NCBI GenBank assembly: GCA_002269645.1 | Contig: NIVC01003362.1 | Location: 1-64,000 of the forward strand | Length of the DNA: 64,000 nt | Source: Macrostomum lignano | Lineage: Eukaryota | Reading direction: 5' to 3' | Shown: piece after piece, positions 52,205 to 64,000 of the stretch | Position numbering within the stretch: the stretch's first letter is position 1 | How the letters are laid out: each line of letters begins with the position of its first letter | Made by a program: the position numbers and the translations under genes | The notes under the pieces: generated by a model | Databases searched by the model: none | What the model saw: only the letters and a program-made list of their open reading frames with translations | Told to the model about the DNA's origin: nothing

Positions 52205-53969
52205 AGCTTAAGATAAAAGTCAAACTGTGACAAATCATTTTGCTCAACTAATTCGTAGCATTAGCTTAGCTACTTCGTCATTCGAATTTCTCATGACACA
52301 TTCGTCATTTGCGAATCTCTTGACGCTTGTTTGAAGGAGAACAAATTTCAAAGTATGTGAAAACAATCTAAGTTGGAAATCATTGCACTCATTGTAATAT
52401 ATCGCAGTAACCACAGAAAATTTAGGAAACTACGTGTTCATGTACATGTCGAAATAGATTTGCCGAGAATGTTGTACATTGCCTCGTAGTCCTGTAACCC
52501 CCTCTGTAACTTCTAACGGCCGCAGACTAGATAGGGGTTCCACTAAAGGAAAATTACCCATCTAGTGGGGTGAACCCACGGTGGACCCAGACTAGAATAT
52601 CCTAGTACGAGTCCCGGGGGTACACTGGTGAGGTTTTTTGGGAGGCGTCTTGATAGGCTGTCTTTGGACAAGAGGATTACGGGATTCACTATTATTCTAG
52701 AATCAGAATTCGAGAAGGGAAACCCGCCGGTTTTCTATTTTTAGACTGCAGAAGGGAAACCCGCCGGTTTTCTATTTTTAGACTGCAGGACCCCGAGGCT
52801 ACCGAGTCCACAAGTCCTTAAGTCCAGTCGAGCTACGTACCATAGACCAGTGTTCTTTTCTTTTATGGAATCCCTGTCCGTTGCAAGCAATGCTCTGCCA
52901 TGTAGCCACTAACCCGCCTAACCCTCTACATAAGACTATATTGATATCACTCTTGCAACTTGTGCGTGCGTGAATGTAAATTGCAGAAAAGTGTGCTCCA
53001 AACAGACCTAGCCGCCCAACCCCAACTGTGCCCACCCCAAACTCCAAACCTGATAATAAAAATCGTTAACTTTGCAACCACCGATGTTGAACAAAGACTA
53101 TTCCTATCTCCTCTCAACCCCCACCTCACGCCCCGTGGCCGCCACCCCCACGAATTTTGACCCACGAATGTACATTACAAAGAGGCCCCATATAGGCCTA
53201 ACCCCACCCCAAACTGTGGCCTCCCTAACCTCCACAACCCCCCATTTTTAACGTTTAATGTACATCCCCCCGCACCCTGCGTCCTCTAAATACTTTTCAA
53301 CTCCTGGCTTCTGGTTCTCTTGCCGTAATTGCCACAAGCATGCTTTAATTTATACTTTAATGCAATTACATTACACGTACATGTACATGTACATGTAGGG
53401 CTTCTGTAGCGCAAAGCAGCACCACAAAAGTAGGACAAGTATTTAATTTTAACCCAAGCATTTCAGCGCACCCATCCCAAGCACTGCAGTCTCGGCTTCG
53501 AACTCGATTAATTTCTTCCACAAAAAAGCACTTTAAACAATCCATTTTGTCATTCTTCCTAAATCGCTATTTTGTTTTGCCGCTAGTTTTGACAGCTTTT
53601 CTTTTAGTAGCAGCAGTCCATTATTGCTGGAATTCGAGTTAAGTGGGACAACTGCTGAGTTATTGAATTCCTGCCCTGCTTTCTTTGTTATATTAATAAA
53701 CATTTTTATATTGTTTGCTTTTGCCAGAATTTTTTGCTGCCTAGCTATTGCACATCTCTTCTGCAAACGCGGAGAAGTTTCTGTCTTTTTGTTGGGCTTG
53801 CCTTTCAGTAATTAAAAGGTGAAGAATGTTGCTTGGCGTAACCTAAAATGATTACGAAGTATTAACAAGAATTTCATGCCTTTTTCAAACTGAGGCTAAA
53901 ATTAAGGTAATATTGTTCTGTCTAGATTCATTTGTAGTCACTAATCCCTTCTGGACAGATTAGTAGCAC

Positions 53970-55140
53970 AACCAGTCACACTATTGGTCACTAAATTGGT
54001 GACACGTTTGCTCAAACGAACGGTCACATGGTTTATCACACAGTTAAACACACAATAAATCACCTTTGATCGCGTGATCGATCGGTCATGAGATTGGCCA
54101 CACATTTTATCACAAGACTGCTCATACGGTTGATCAGAGGATTGGTCACACGGTTAATCATAGGATTGGTCACCTGTTCGATCATATTATTGGTCACACA
54201 GTTAATTTTAGGATAGGTCACACGATTGATCATAGGATTGGTCACACGGTTGATTTTAGGATTGGTCACATGGTTGGTCATAGGATTGGTCACATGGTTG
54301 GTCATAGGATTGGTCACATGGTTGGTCATAGGATTGGTCACATGGTTGGTCATAAGATTGGTCACACGGTGGGTCATAGGATTGGTCACACGACTGATCA
54401 TAGGATTGGTCACATGGTTGGTCATAGGATTGGTCACATGGTTGGTCATAGGATTGGTCACATGGTTGGTCATAGGATTGGTCACATGGTTGGTCATAAG
54501 ATTGGTCACACGGTGGGTCATAGGATTGGTCACACGACTGATCATAGGATTGGTCACACGGTTGGTCATAGGATTGGTCACACGGTTGATCATAAGATTG
54601 GTCACACGGTTGGTCATAGGATTGGTCACACGGTTGGTCATAGGATTGGTCACATGGTTGGTCATAGGATTGGTCACATGGTTGATCATAAGATTGGTCA
54701 CACGGTTGGTCATAGGATTGGTCACACGGTTGGTCATAGGATTGGTCACATGGTTGGTCATAGGATTGGTCACACGGTTGATCATAAGATTGGTCACACG
54801 GTTGGTCATAGGATTGGTCACACGGTTGGTCATAGGATTGGTCACATGGTTGGTCATAGGATTGGTCACATGGTTGGTCATAGGATTGGTCACATGGTTG
54901 GTCATAGGATTGGTCACATGGTTGGTCATAAGATTGGTCACACGGTGGGTCATAGGATTGGTCACACGACTGATCATAGGATTGGTCACACGGTTGGTCA
55001 TAGGATTGGTCACACGGTTGATCATAAGATTGGTCACACGGTTGGTCATAGGATTGGTCACACGGTTGGTCATAGGATTGGTCACACGGTTGATCATAGG
55101 ATTGGTCACACGGTTGATCATAGGATTGGTCACAAGATGG
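53970..55140. repeat. Minisatellite, 24-bp unit ATAGGATTGGTCACA(C/T)GGTTGGTC
   Basis: Over 40 copies; source of the 8-aa periodic ORFs. Confidence 0.97.
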
Positions 55141-57205
55141 CTCACACAGCGAAAATGAGGAACTTCGCAGCTCAGTGACGCTCCTGCATTTATAACGGAT
55201 CACCGGACTCAATCTGCAATTCAGTGATCCGTTCAGCTTATAGGAAGCCAGCTCCAATTTGATGAAGGAGGCTGATCAGTTTACAATGTCGCAGGGAGAA
55301 AGTCTGAATTATATTGCCTGCATATCCGCCTTCGCTGCAGGCCTCGATTTTTTATACTTGGGAAGCGGCTTGAAAAGCGAACCAGACTTGGTCTTCAATC
55401 TTTTCCTACTTGGCGATGCAGCCAAGCCCCATTCATCACCACCGCACTGTGACTCTCTGGTCTTCGCGGCATCGGACAAGGATATAAACCCGCGCCTGCT
55501 CCCGCTAGGCTTTTTTAGCAACTCTTTCTTTGAAAGAGAACATACGGAGAATTATCCCCTACCTGCTGAGAAACCGGAACAGCCGGAAGGGCCGGGCGGG
55601 CGGGAACACGAGAAACTGCTTGGGTGACGAGGAAGGCCCATTGTGAGCTTGAGTCCTGTGTCCGTCAGCCGGCGCCATGGGATGAAGCATCAACCAACCA
55701 ATCTTCTCAATACCAGCTCCAGCTTCTTTTATCCATCCACATCTTTCTTTATTCCTCTATTTTTCCTTCTCGGCACCTCTCGCCCCCATGCGGCGAGGAC
55801 AAGCTTATCCCATTCTATAGTTTATTTTGCCGCGACGTGTTTTTAGGGTGGTTCAAAAAATACTACTCTATGGTGAGTCTTCGGGATTGCGAAGGAAAGG
55901 ATAGGAAAGAATGTAGTCAGTTTTCCTGACTACTGGTGATACTGTGTACAAGACAGAGCAGCTCAGTGGTAAACATTAATTTGGGATTTGAGCACGAAAG
56001 GACCAACACCCAAGGCAACAGAGAGTGTACATGCCTGTCGATTAGAAACTAGAAAATCAAGGCTGCTGTACACCCTGTGTGAGCGTGGGCCTTCGTACAG
56101 TTACAGAATTTAAAAATCATTTGAGGAAGCAGGTACAAGCTCGCACCAAACCATCGATAACCCAGTCTGTATGGCGATTCTTTCTTGGGCCACCCTCTCT
56201 GCTCCCGCCTGCACCCAACACCTACCGCTCAGTTTCCCTGAACTTGTTGTCGGCTCTCAGTGGTGAATCGGGTTCTGAGACGGGGGTTGTTGGGCGGGTG
56301 GCAGGCGCTATCGCCCCTCTCTCCCGGCCAGCACGCTACACCGACACTGAGAGCCCGCCCTGCCGCCTCCTCCCGTGCCACTGGGGCTGCAGGAATCGGA
56401 AATGTTGCCCCCAACGAATGCATTGACGCCGCTGCTGGAAGCTGAAAGGCCCGATGACGGAGGCTGGGAGCCTAAGAGTGGGAGGGGGGAGGGGGGCCCT
56501 CACAAAGGGCGACCCCGGTATTGGAGCGCTGTTTGATGCCCCGGAGGGTCCCGTGACCAGCTGGGAGCCCAACTTCCACAAGTCGTAAGTCATGTCACCG
56601 GGGGCGGCCCCCGCTGGCGTCTCCATTCTCTCGGCCGCCCCACCCCCCGCTCTTCCACAATACAAATGCTGGAGTCCCGCGGCCTCTGCGCTCTCCGATC
56701 CGCCTCGCTCTCTTTGGTTATTATATATCTGCTGCTTTCGGTCCCCCAGCTTCAGACAGTTGGGAAACGAAAATTCTTGTAGAATAAGTCGCAAGCTAAA
56801 GATTTGAACTTGACCCAGCAACCGGCTAGCGACCGAACCGAGGAAGCAGCAGCACTAACACTAACCGTCGGAGGTAAGCGTCGGGGCTGTCGTTTTTAGC
56901 TCTGGAAATATTTTTGCTCAAAAATCATCTGCTGCTGTCAGCTCTCCATCAAGAGGGCTGGATGCCTCCCCCCCCCCACCCGGATTTAGACGGATTACGC
57001 GTCTGTGCAGCTGGAGTTGAAATGCATGCCAACGGCCTACTGACCCCTCGATCAATAATGCACTCCGGTTGCCGTAGCAGCACTAATAATAATATTGGGC
57101 AGATGCGCAACCGACAGCTCAGCCGCAGCTATTGCTGCGTACGGCTGTTCAGTCCAAGGACTGGGGGGGTCGCCACACACACCCTCAATAACCCCAGCTA
57201 ATGCT

Positions 57206-57346
57206 GGCTACCATTTTACAGCTGGGTGGACTGAAGCAATGCAGAGTTAAGTGCCTTGCTTAGGGGGCACAAATTGTTCCGATTGGGTCGAGAATCGAAC
57301 CCCCGACCTTTCAGCCGTGAGTTCGACGCTCTGACCACTAGGCTTC
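57206..57346 (-). mobile_element. tRNA-derived SINE with a CORE/V-like central domain
   Basis: Reverse complement: AGCCTAGTGGTCAGAGCG (A box), GGTTCGATTCTC (B box), then TGTGCCCCTAAGCAAGGCACTTAACTC...CAGTCCACCCAGCTGTAAAATGG, resembling the CORE/V-SINE domain. Confidence 0.75.
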
Positions 57347-58717
57347 AACAACCCCCTACTCTGAATCTGGATCTGAACCTACTCAAAGCACAAAGCAATT
57401 TTATTAGACTTGTCCTCCGTATGAACAGTGGTCTGAAGACAGCTATTAGCTTACTTAAAGTAGTCAGTTCCGGTGGGAGAAGAGAAAATATCTGGCCAAA
57501 ATTAGTTTCAGCGGGTTGGGAGAAAAACTAATTTCTTTTTTCCTTACAGCTCATCCCGCTAGGAAGGGATTAGGGGAGTTTTAATTTTTATAAGACCAGG
57601 TGAGAGAGACAGAGAGAAGACAGGTCGACTTTCAGTCAGACGACATCCCATCTTTCATTCTCGCAGCTAGCTGGGAGCTCGTTATCCCATGGGGTCTGGG
57701 CGGTGGGGATTCTTCCCCCCCCCAGCCTCTAATGAGGCGCGGGTTTCAGAAGTGCGCGCGACTGGGCCAGCGCCGACTCTCCCGCTGCGCCATTGTCTGT
57801 CCGGGGGGGGGGGCGGCTTAAGAGGCAGTCGGCGGGAGCAGAAAGGGCAAGGGGGAGGCTGGCCAAGGCGCCCCTCATCCCCGAGAAAACTCAGCATGTC
57901 CGAAGGGCAAAACCGGAATGGAGGAGATGAAGAAGCAGGAAAAGTTGATAATGGTGATGCCGCGCGGCTCTCAGCTGGATGAAGCAATGGAGTCTGGGGA
58001 GGGGAAGTGTACTGCAGTGGGAGGAACAAACAAATTCTCTCATGGTGAGCATGCCGTGCATGCGGCAGCGCCTCCAGCAAGATGGGGATCTAATATTATT
58101 CTTGCTGGTTTACTCAGCATGGAGACTTCTGCTCACCACTGGATGGGAACTCAAGAGCCGGAACTCTGCTCAGCGAGAGAGAGGAGGGCGAGAGCAGCCT
58201 TGAGGATTTGGAGACTTTTTGTCACCGGGAAGAAACTAGAAGGGGGAAAATTGTGAACGGGTTCTGATCCCCGGCAACTGCAGCTGCTACTGGTCTGCAC
58301 CCAGCATCTCAAATGTCGACCCTCCCTCGGCAGCCTACCGGAATGGGGAGAATTCTCCCACCCCTCTTTTCCTCTCTTGGCCAACCCTCAGAAACTGCCC
58401 CCCCCCCAATCCACCCACTCTGCTCCCCTGGTTCTGCCGGCCCTTATTCGCCAGCTTCCCAACCTGAAATTCCCGACCTGGGAAGGCGAGAGGCTGGCAG
58501 AGCTGCTTCAACAGAGAGGCGCCCCAGCGGACTAATCAGGGTTGGCGCCACCTGCTGGCCTCGGGTTTCAGTCACTGGCTGGATTATTAACTCGATTCGC
58601 TCCGCCGGAGACCGCGCTTTGCTCAGTTATCAACAAATCTCCGGTGGAGAATGCGAGCGGAGGAGGTGAGAGGAAATTGAGGTGAAAATTGAAACTCAAT
58701 GACCTTCAGTTGCCGTC

Positions 58718-58748
<31 letters not shown>

Positions 58749-59104
58749 GGTTGTTGATATCGCATGGCACCGCCGAACCATGGGTGAGTTGCAGAGAATA
58801 TCGAGTGACTGCCTGTGTGACGCAAGCAGCCGATACAGCTTCCAAGAAGGGATTGCAGAGCACAAGGCACAAATTGGTGCAATGTAGCTCATAAGATGTA
58901 AGATGTACAATACTTCAAGCAGATTCCATCTGACACAGTGAAATGCATCAATGATCATTGAATCTAATCTATTTGGACATTTGCTGTAATTAGTTGCACT
59001 TTTACTTGCTCAGTTAGCGGGTCCCTGCAAACAGAAGTGCTCCCGCCCACTGCTTCAATCCAAGTAAAAATTAATTTGTACCATGTCAGTTTTCTACAGA
59101 CCAA

Positions 59105-60280
59105 TGACGATACATTATCCAGTAGACTGAAAATCATCAGCACAATGACCCATTCTCAACCAAAAGCATGACCATCAGCACAATGACCCATTCTCAACCA
59201 AAAGCATTACCATCAGCACAATGACCCATTCTCAACCATAAGCATGACCATCAGCACAATGACCCATTCTCAACCAAAAGCATTACCATCAGCACAATGA
59301 CCCATTCTCAACCATAAGCATTACCATCAGCACAATGACCCATTCTCAACCATAAGCATTACCATCAGCACAATGACCCATTCTCAACCAAAAGCATTAC
59401 CATCAGCACAATGACCCATTCTCAACCATAAGCATGACCATCAGCACAATGACCCATTCTCAACCATAAGTATGACCATCAGCAAAATGACCCATTCTCA
59501 ATCAAAAGCATTACCATCAGCACAATGACCCATTCTCAACCATAAGCATTACCATCAGCACAATGACCCAATCTCAACCATAAGCATGACCATCAGCACA
59601 ATGACCCATTCTCAACCAAAAGCATTACCATCAGCACAATGACCCAATCTCAACCATAAGTATGACCATCAGCACAATGACCCATTCTCAACCATAAGCA
59701 TGACCATCAGCACAATGACCCATTCTCAACCAAAAGCATTACCATCAGCACAATGACCCATTCTCAACCAAAAGCATTACCATCAGCACAATGACCCATT
59801 CTCAACCATAAGCATGAAAATCAGCACAATGACCCATTCTCAACCAAAAGCATTACCATCAGCACAATGACCCATTCTCAACCATAAGCATGACCATCAG
59901 CACAATGACCCATTCTCAACCATAAGTATGACCATCAGCAAAATGACCCATTCTCAATCAAAAGCATTACCATCAGCACAATGACCCATTCTCAACCATA
60001 AGCATTACCATCAGCACAATGACCCAATCTCAACCATAAGCATGACCATCAGCACAATGACCCATTCTCAACCAAAAGCATTACCATCAGCACAATGACC
60101 CAATCTCAACCATAAGTATGACCATCAGCACAATGACCCATTCTCAACCATAAGCATGACCATCAGCACAATGACCCATTCTCAACCAAAAGCATTACCA
60201 TCAGCACAATGACCCATTCTCAACCAAAAGCATTACCATCAGCACAATGACCCATTCTCAACCATAAGCATGAAAATCAG
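59105..60280. repeat. Minisatellite, 38-bp unit CCATCAGCACAATGACCCATTCTCAACCA(A/T)AAGCAT(T/G)A
   Basis: About 30 copies. Confidence 0.97.
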
Positions 60281-60934
60281 ATACTTGAGTGCTCAAGCTG
60301 CTCATGCAAGCAAGCAAACTCGAACCAAACCCAGTCAGGCCTGGAAAAGCAGGGAGTTCCGCTGCGGAGCCCCAGCAACACGCATAATTCCTTGGCTACA
60401 TGGACACCTAATTGGAAATTCGATATAAGCCCAGAGCCAGGGGCTGATGCAGACCAGAGGCTGGGCAACTAAGCAAGAGTTGATGTCGTCTCCCCTCACT
60501 CCGGAGCCAGGGCTAATTTTTGAGGGATCACACGCGGAGCAACAATCGCTCACTGAGCATGAATACGTGCTCCAGAGCCGCTGTCCCTGAGCAGCTTTGC
60601 CTGCCTGCCTGCTCAGAGTAATTGGATAAAACGCCGGCGGTCTGCTCTGCTCTTGTTTGCTGGAGAATTGCAAAAGAGAAAGCGGTAGGGATGCAGGAAA
60701 CTGTAGAAACATAGGCAGAGCGCATCTATCCCAGCCGCTTGACGTGTAGATGGAGTTTTCTGGCTGGCATAGCACAATCAATGATTCAACAGAGTGGGAT
60801 GTGCAGAGGGACACTTGGTGGTGGATGCTTTGCGTTGTCGTGTTTCTGTAGAAATTAGCATTCCCATTTCTTAACATAGGAGGGATACTTTTCGATGAAG
60901 CCTGATTAAGGATTTTAAGAATTTAAGGTAACAG

Positions 60935-62258
60935 GGTTGGAGGGTAGAGGGTTGGAGGGTAGAGGGTTGGAGGGTAGAGGGTTGGAGGGTAGAGGGTTGG
61001 AGGGTAGAGGGTTGGAGGGTAGAGGGTTGGAGGGTAGAGGGTTGGAGGGTAGAGGGTTGGAGGGTAGAGGGTTGGAGGGTAGAGGGTTGGAGGGTAGAGG
61101 GTTGGAGGGTAGAGGGTTGGAGGGTAGAGGGTTGGAGGGTAGAGGGTTGGAGGGTAGAGGGTTGGAGGGTAGAGGGTTGGAGGGTAGAGGGTTGGAGGGT
61201 AGAGGGTTGGAGGTTAGAGGGTTGGAGGGTAGAGTGTTGGAGGGTAGAGGGTTGGAGGGTAGAGGGTTGCAGGGTAGAGGGTTGGAGGGGAGACGGTTGG
61301 ATGGTAGAGGGTTGGAGGGTAGAGTGTTGGAGGTTAGAGTGTTGGAGGTTAGAGTGTTGGAGGGTAGAGGGTTGGAGGGTAGAGGGTTGGAGGGTAGAGG
61401 GTTGGAGGGGTAGAGGGTTGGAGGGTAGAGGGTTGGAGGGTAGAGGGTTGGAGGGTAGAGGGTTGGAGGGTAGAGGGTTGGAGGGTAGAGGGTTGGAGGG
61501 TAGAGGGTTGGAGGGTAGAGGGTTGGAGGGTAGAGGGTTGGAGGGTAGAGGGTTGGAGGGTAGAGGGTTGGAGGGTAGAGGGTTGGAGGGTAGAGGGTTG
61601 GAGGGTAGAGGGTTGGAGGGTAGAGGGTTGGAGGGTAGAGGGTTGGAGGGTAGAGGGTTGGAGGGTAGAGTGTTGGAGGGTAGAGGGTTGGAGGGTAGAG
61701 GGTTGCAGGGTAGAGGGTTGGAGGGGAGACGGTTGGATGGTAGAGGGTTGGAGGGTAGAGTGTTGGAGGTTAGAGTGTTGGAGGTTAGAGTGTTGGAGGG
61801 TAGAGGGTTGGAGGGTAGAGGGTTGGAGGGTAGAGGGTTGGAGGGGTAGAGGGTTGGAGGGTAGAGGGTTGGAGGGTAGAGGGTTGGAGGGTAGAGGGTT
61901 GGAGGGGTAGAGGGTTGGAGGGTAGAGGGTTGGAGGGTAGAGGGTTGGAGGGTAGAGGGTTGGAGGGTAGAGGGTTGGAGGGTAGAGGGTTGGAGGGTAG
62001 AGGGTTGGAGGGTAGAGGGTTGGAGGGTAGAGGGTTGGAGGGTAGAGGGTTGGAGGGTAGAGGGTTGGAGGGTAGAGGGTTGGAGGGTAGAGGGTTGGAG
62101 GGTAGAGGGTTGGAGGGTAGAGGGTTGGAGGGTAGAGGGTTGGAGGGTAGAGGGTTGGAGGGTAGAGGGTTGGAGGGTAGAGGGTTGGAGGGTAGAGGGT
62201 TGGAGGGTAGAGGGTTGGAGGGTAGAGGGTTGGAGGGTAGAGGGTTGGAGGGTAGAGT
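60935..62258. repeat. G-rich minisatellite, 15-bp unit GGTTGGAGGGTAGAG
   Basis: Over 80 copies. Confidence 0.98.
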
Positions 62259-63191
62259 GTCAGACCGGAGAGAGGGCGGGAGCAGCGGAAGTCACATACA
62301 GAGCGATAGCAGGAAACAAGTAAAATTCTTGAATTGAATCACCGCAGAGCAGAGTCCTTCAGGTCTCATGACGTCATGAGGTCGGTCTCCCGCTGAGCGA
62401 GGGGCAGGCGGGCCCCAGTCTTTGATCGCGGCCATGATGCAGTTCGTCCAAATGGTCGCGGAAAAAAGATTGAATTAAGCTCAGCGGCAGCGGAGAGGCT
62501 GGTAGTGCGGGATTGCATTAGCCAAATTGGCCCGGCCTCCCTGTCTATCCAGACCGCCTCCCCGCTGCCAAGTCTCCACTCTCGCTTTTAGCATTCGTGT
62601 TCAATTAAACGAACGGAATCCCAGCTCCCATTTATCCAGATTTCCCCCCGCCCCCGCCCCCGAAGTCTCTTGAAAGATTGCCTTGGTGTAGAAAAGGAAA
62701 TGACAGGGGATCGGATTAAATCCGCCGGGCAGATTCTCGTTCAGCAAATATAGAAATGGGGATCACATTTGAAGCCTCGGCGCTCAGACAGGTGTGTGAG
62801 AGAGAGAGAGAGGGAAAGCAGGTTGCCTTATTAGTCGATTCGAGTTTCACCTGTCTCTACACCCCTCTGTAATGAAATTTCTCTACCAAAAAATTTCCAC
62901 CCAAACCCAACTGCTCTACTGCGAGTAGGGCATGCCGAGTTTCGCTCTCAAAAAGCCGGCGCAACCTCAGAAAATAGCATGAGTTTCTGAGAGCCAATCA
63001 GCATTGAGCTGGAGAAAATTTTAACGGGATGCCAATTGCATAAAAGACGGGAAACTTGTCAAATAGGCCGGGAATTCAAACCACCTGAGCGTTTGTTGAC
63101 GATTGCTAGAACAGTTTGAGCAGTCGGGCAGACAGTCAAGCCAAGATTCTCGCGGCCCCGCGCGGGCCTGTGAGATGTCCACTTGCCCATC

Positions 63192-63504
63192 ATGTCGCGC
63201 TTCCAGCGCCGTTCAACCCGCTCTCTGCTTTACAGCAAGGCGGCTACCATCCCAGCAACAGTCGGGCAGCAGCAGCACTACAGCCAGCTGTCCGGATTCC
63301 TGCGGCCCAGCCTGCCACAGAGCGGCATGTCAACCGATCGAGTCCAGGTCACCTACCAGGTCACCGCGTCCAAGAGCCGCCGATCGACTAACGAGCGCGA
63401 GACCTGGGGCAAAAAGATCGACTTTCTGCTGTCCGTCATCGGCTTCGCGGTTGACTTGGCCAACGTGTGGCGATTTCCCTACCTGTGCTACAAGAATGGA
63501 GGAG
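63192..63504 (+). CDS. SLC6A3: SLC6 sodium:neurotransmitter symporter, dopamine-transporter-like; first conserved coding exon (start uncertain; gene continues past window)
   Basis: [37 protein letters not shown] matches the DAT TM1 sequence as recalled (SERT has GYAVDLGN); phase-1 donor GGAG|GT after NGGG. Confidence 0.88.
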
Positions 63505-63507
63505 GTG

Positions 63508-64000
63508 AAGCAATGCTGCATCTAAAGACACTATAGTCAGTAGCTGGTAGAGAGCAATGCTGCATCTAAAGACACTATAGTCAGTAGCTTGTAGAGAGCA
63601 ATGCTGCATCTAGAGATGCTAGTCAGCAGCTGGTAAGGAGCAATGCTGCATCTAAAGACACTATAGTCAGTAGCTGGTAGAGAGCAATGCTGCATCTAGA
63701 GATGCTAGTCAGCAGCTGGTAGGGAGCAATGCTGCATCTAAAGACACTATAGCCAGCAGCTGGTAGGGAGCAATGCTGCATCTAGAGATGCTAGTCAGCA
63801 GCTGGTAGGGAGCAATGCTGCATCTAAAGACACTATAGCCAGCAGCTGGTAGGGAGCAATGCTGCATCTAGAGATGCTAGTCAGCAGCTGGTAGGGAGCA
63901 ATGCTGCATCTAGAGATGCTAGCCAGCAGCTGGTAGGGAGCAATACTGCATCTAGAGATGCTAGTCAGCAGCTGGTAGGGAGCAATGCTGCATCTAGAGA
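63508..64000. repeat. Intronic minisatellite, alternating 42/44-bp units beginning GAGCAATGCTGCATCTA
   Basis: Starts at the donor and runs off the window. Confidence 0.95.

Noticed and set aside
52493-53400. Possible LTR starting TGTAACCCCC with a 37-bp internal duplication near 52714-52787
   Set aside because: No matching end, TSD, PBS or coding remnant could be identified.
54060-55257. 300-360 aa periodic ORFs on both strands (CDQSYDQP etc.)
   Set aside because: Artefact of a 24-bp repeat with unit length divisible by 3; no splice or start context.
60937-62337. (EGRGL)n ORFs
   Set aside because: Artefact of the 15-bp repeat; frame is broken by single-G insertions.

Overview
Eukaryotic (animal) genomic DNA. 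GC-rich spliced exons (GT-AG introns) sit among AT-rich spacers, and minisatellites are very dense; the style resembles the flatworm Macrostomum, but that is inference only. No bacterial-type operons, rRNA or CRISPR arrays are supported. Genes: (1) a p55-family MAGUK, MPP2/MPP6/varicose-like (L27-L27-PDZ-SH3-GUK), 3085-8089 +; (2) an unrecognised spliced gene at about 39026-41104 +; (3) an intronless SPATA2/tamo-like PUB-domain ORF, 43351-44154 -; (4) a PIERCE1/C9orf116-like gene with a 1-nt frameshift, 47059-48040 +; (5) a coiled-coil protein gene, 48947-52204 +; (6) the first conserved exon of a dopamine-transporter-like SLC6 gene ending at 63504 +. Mobile DNA: a decayed mariner split by a palindromic MITE, a 5'-truncated RTE-like LINE, three MITEs with clear TSDs, and a tRNA/CORE-like SINE. 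The most unusual structure is a head-to-tail array of five 1.9-2.8 kb non-coding units (17761-30060). They have conserved termini, Helitron/MINE-like 3' ends, and each carries a (TTAGGG)n cassette at the same position. The mariner relic also shows a TpG>TpA / CpA>TpA substitution pattern reminiscent of RIP. All coordinates were read by eye.
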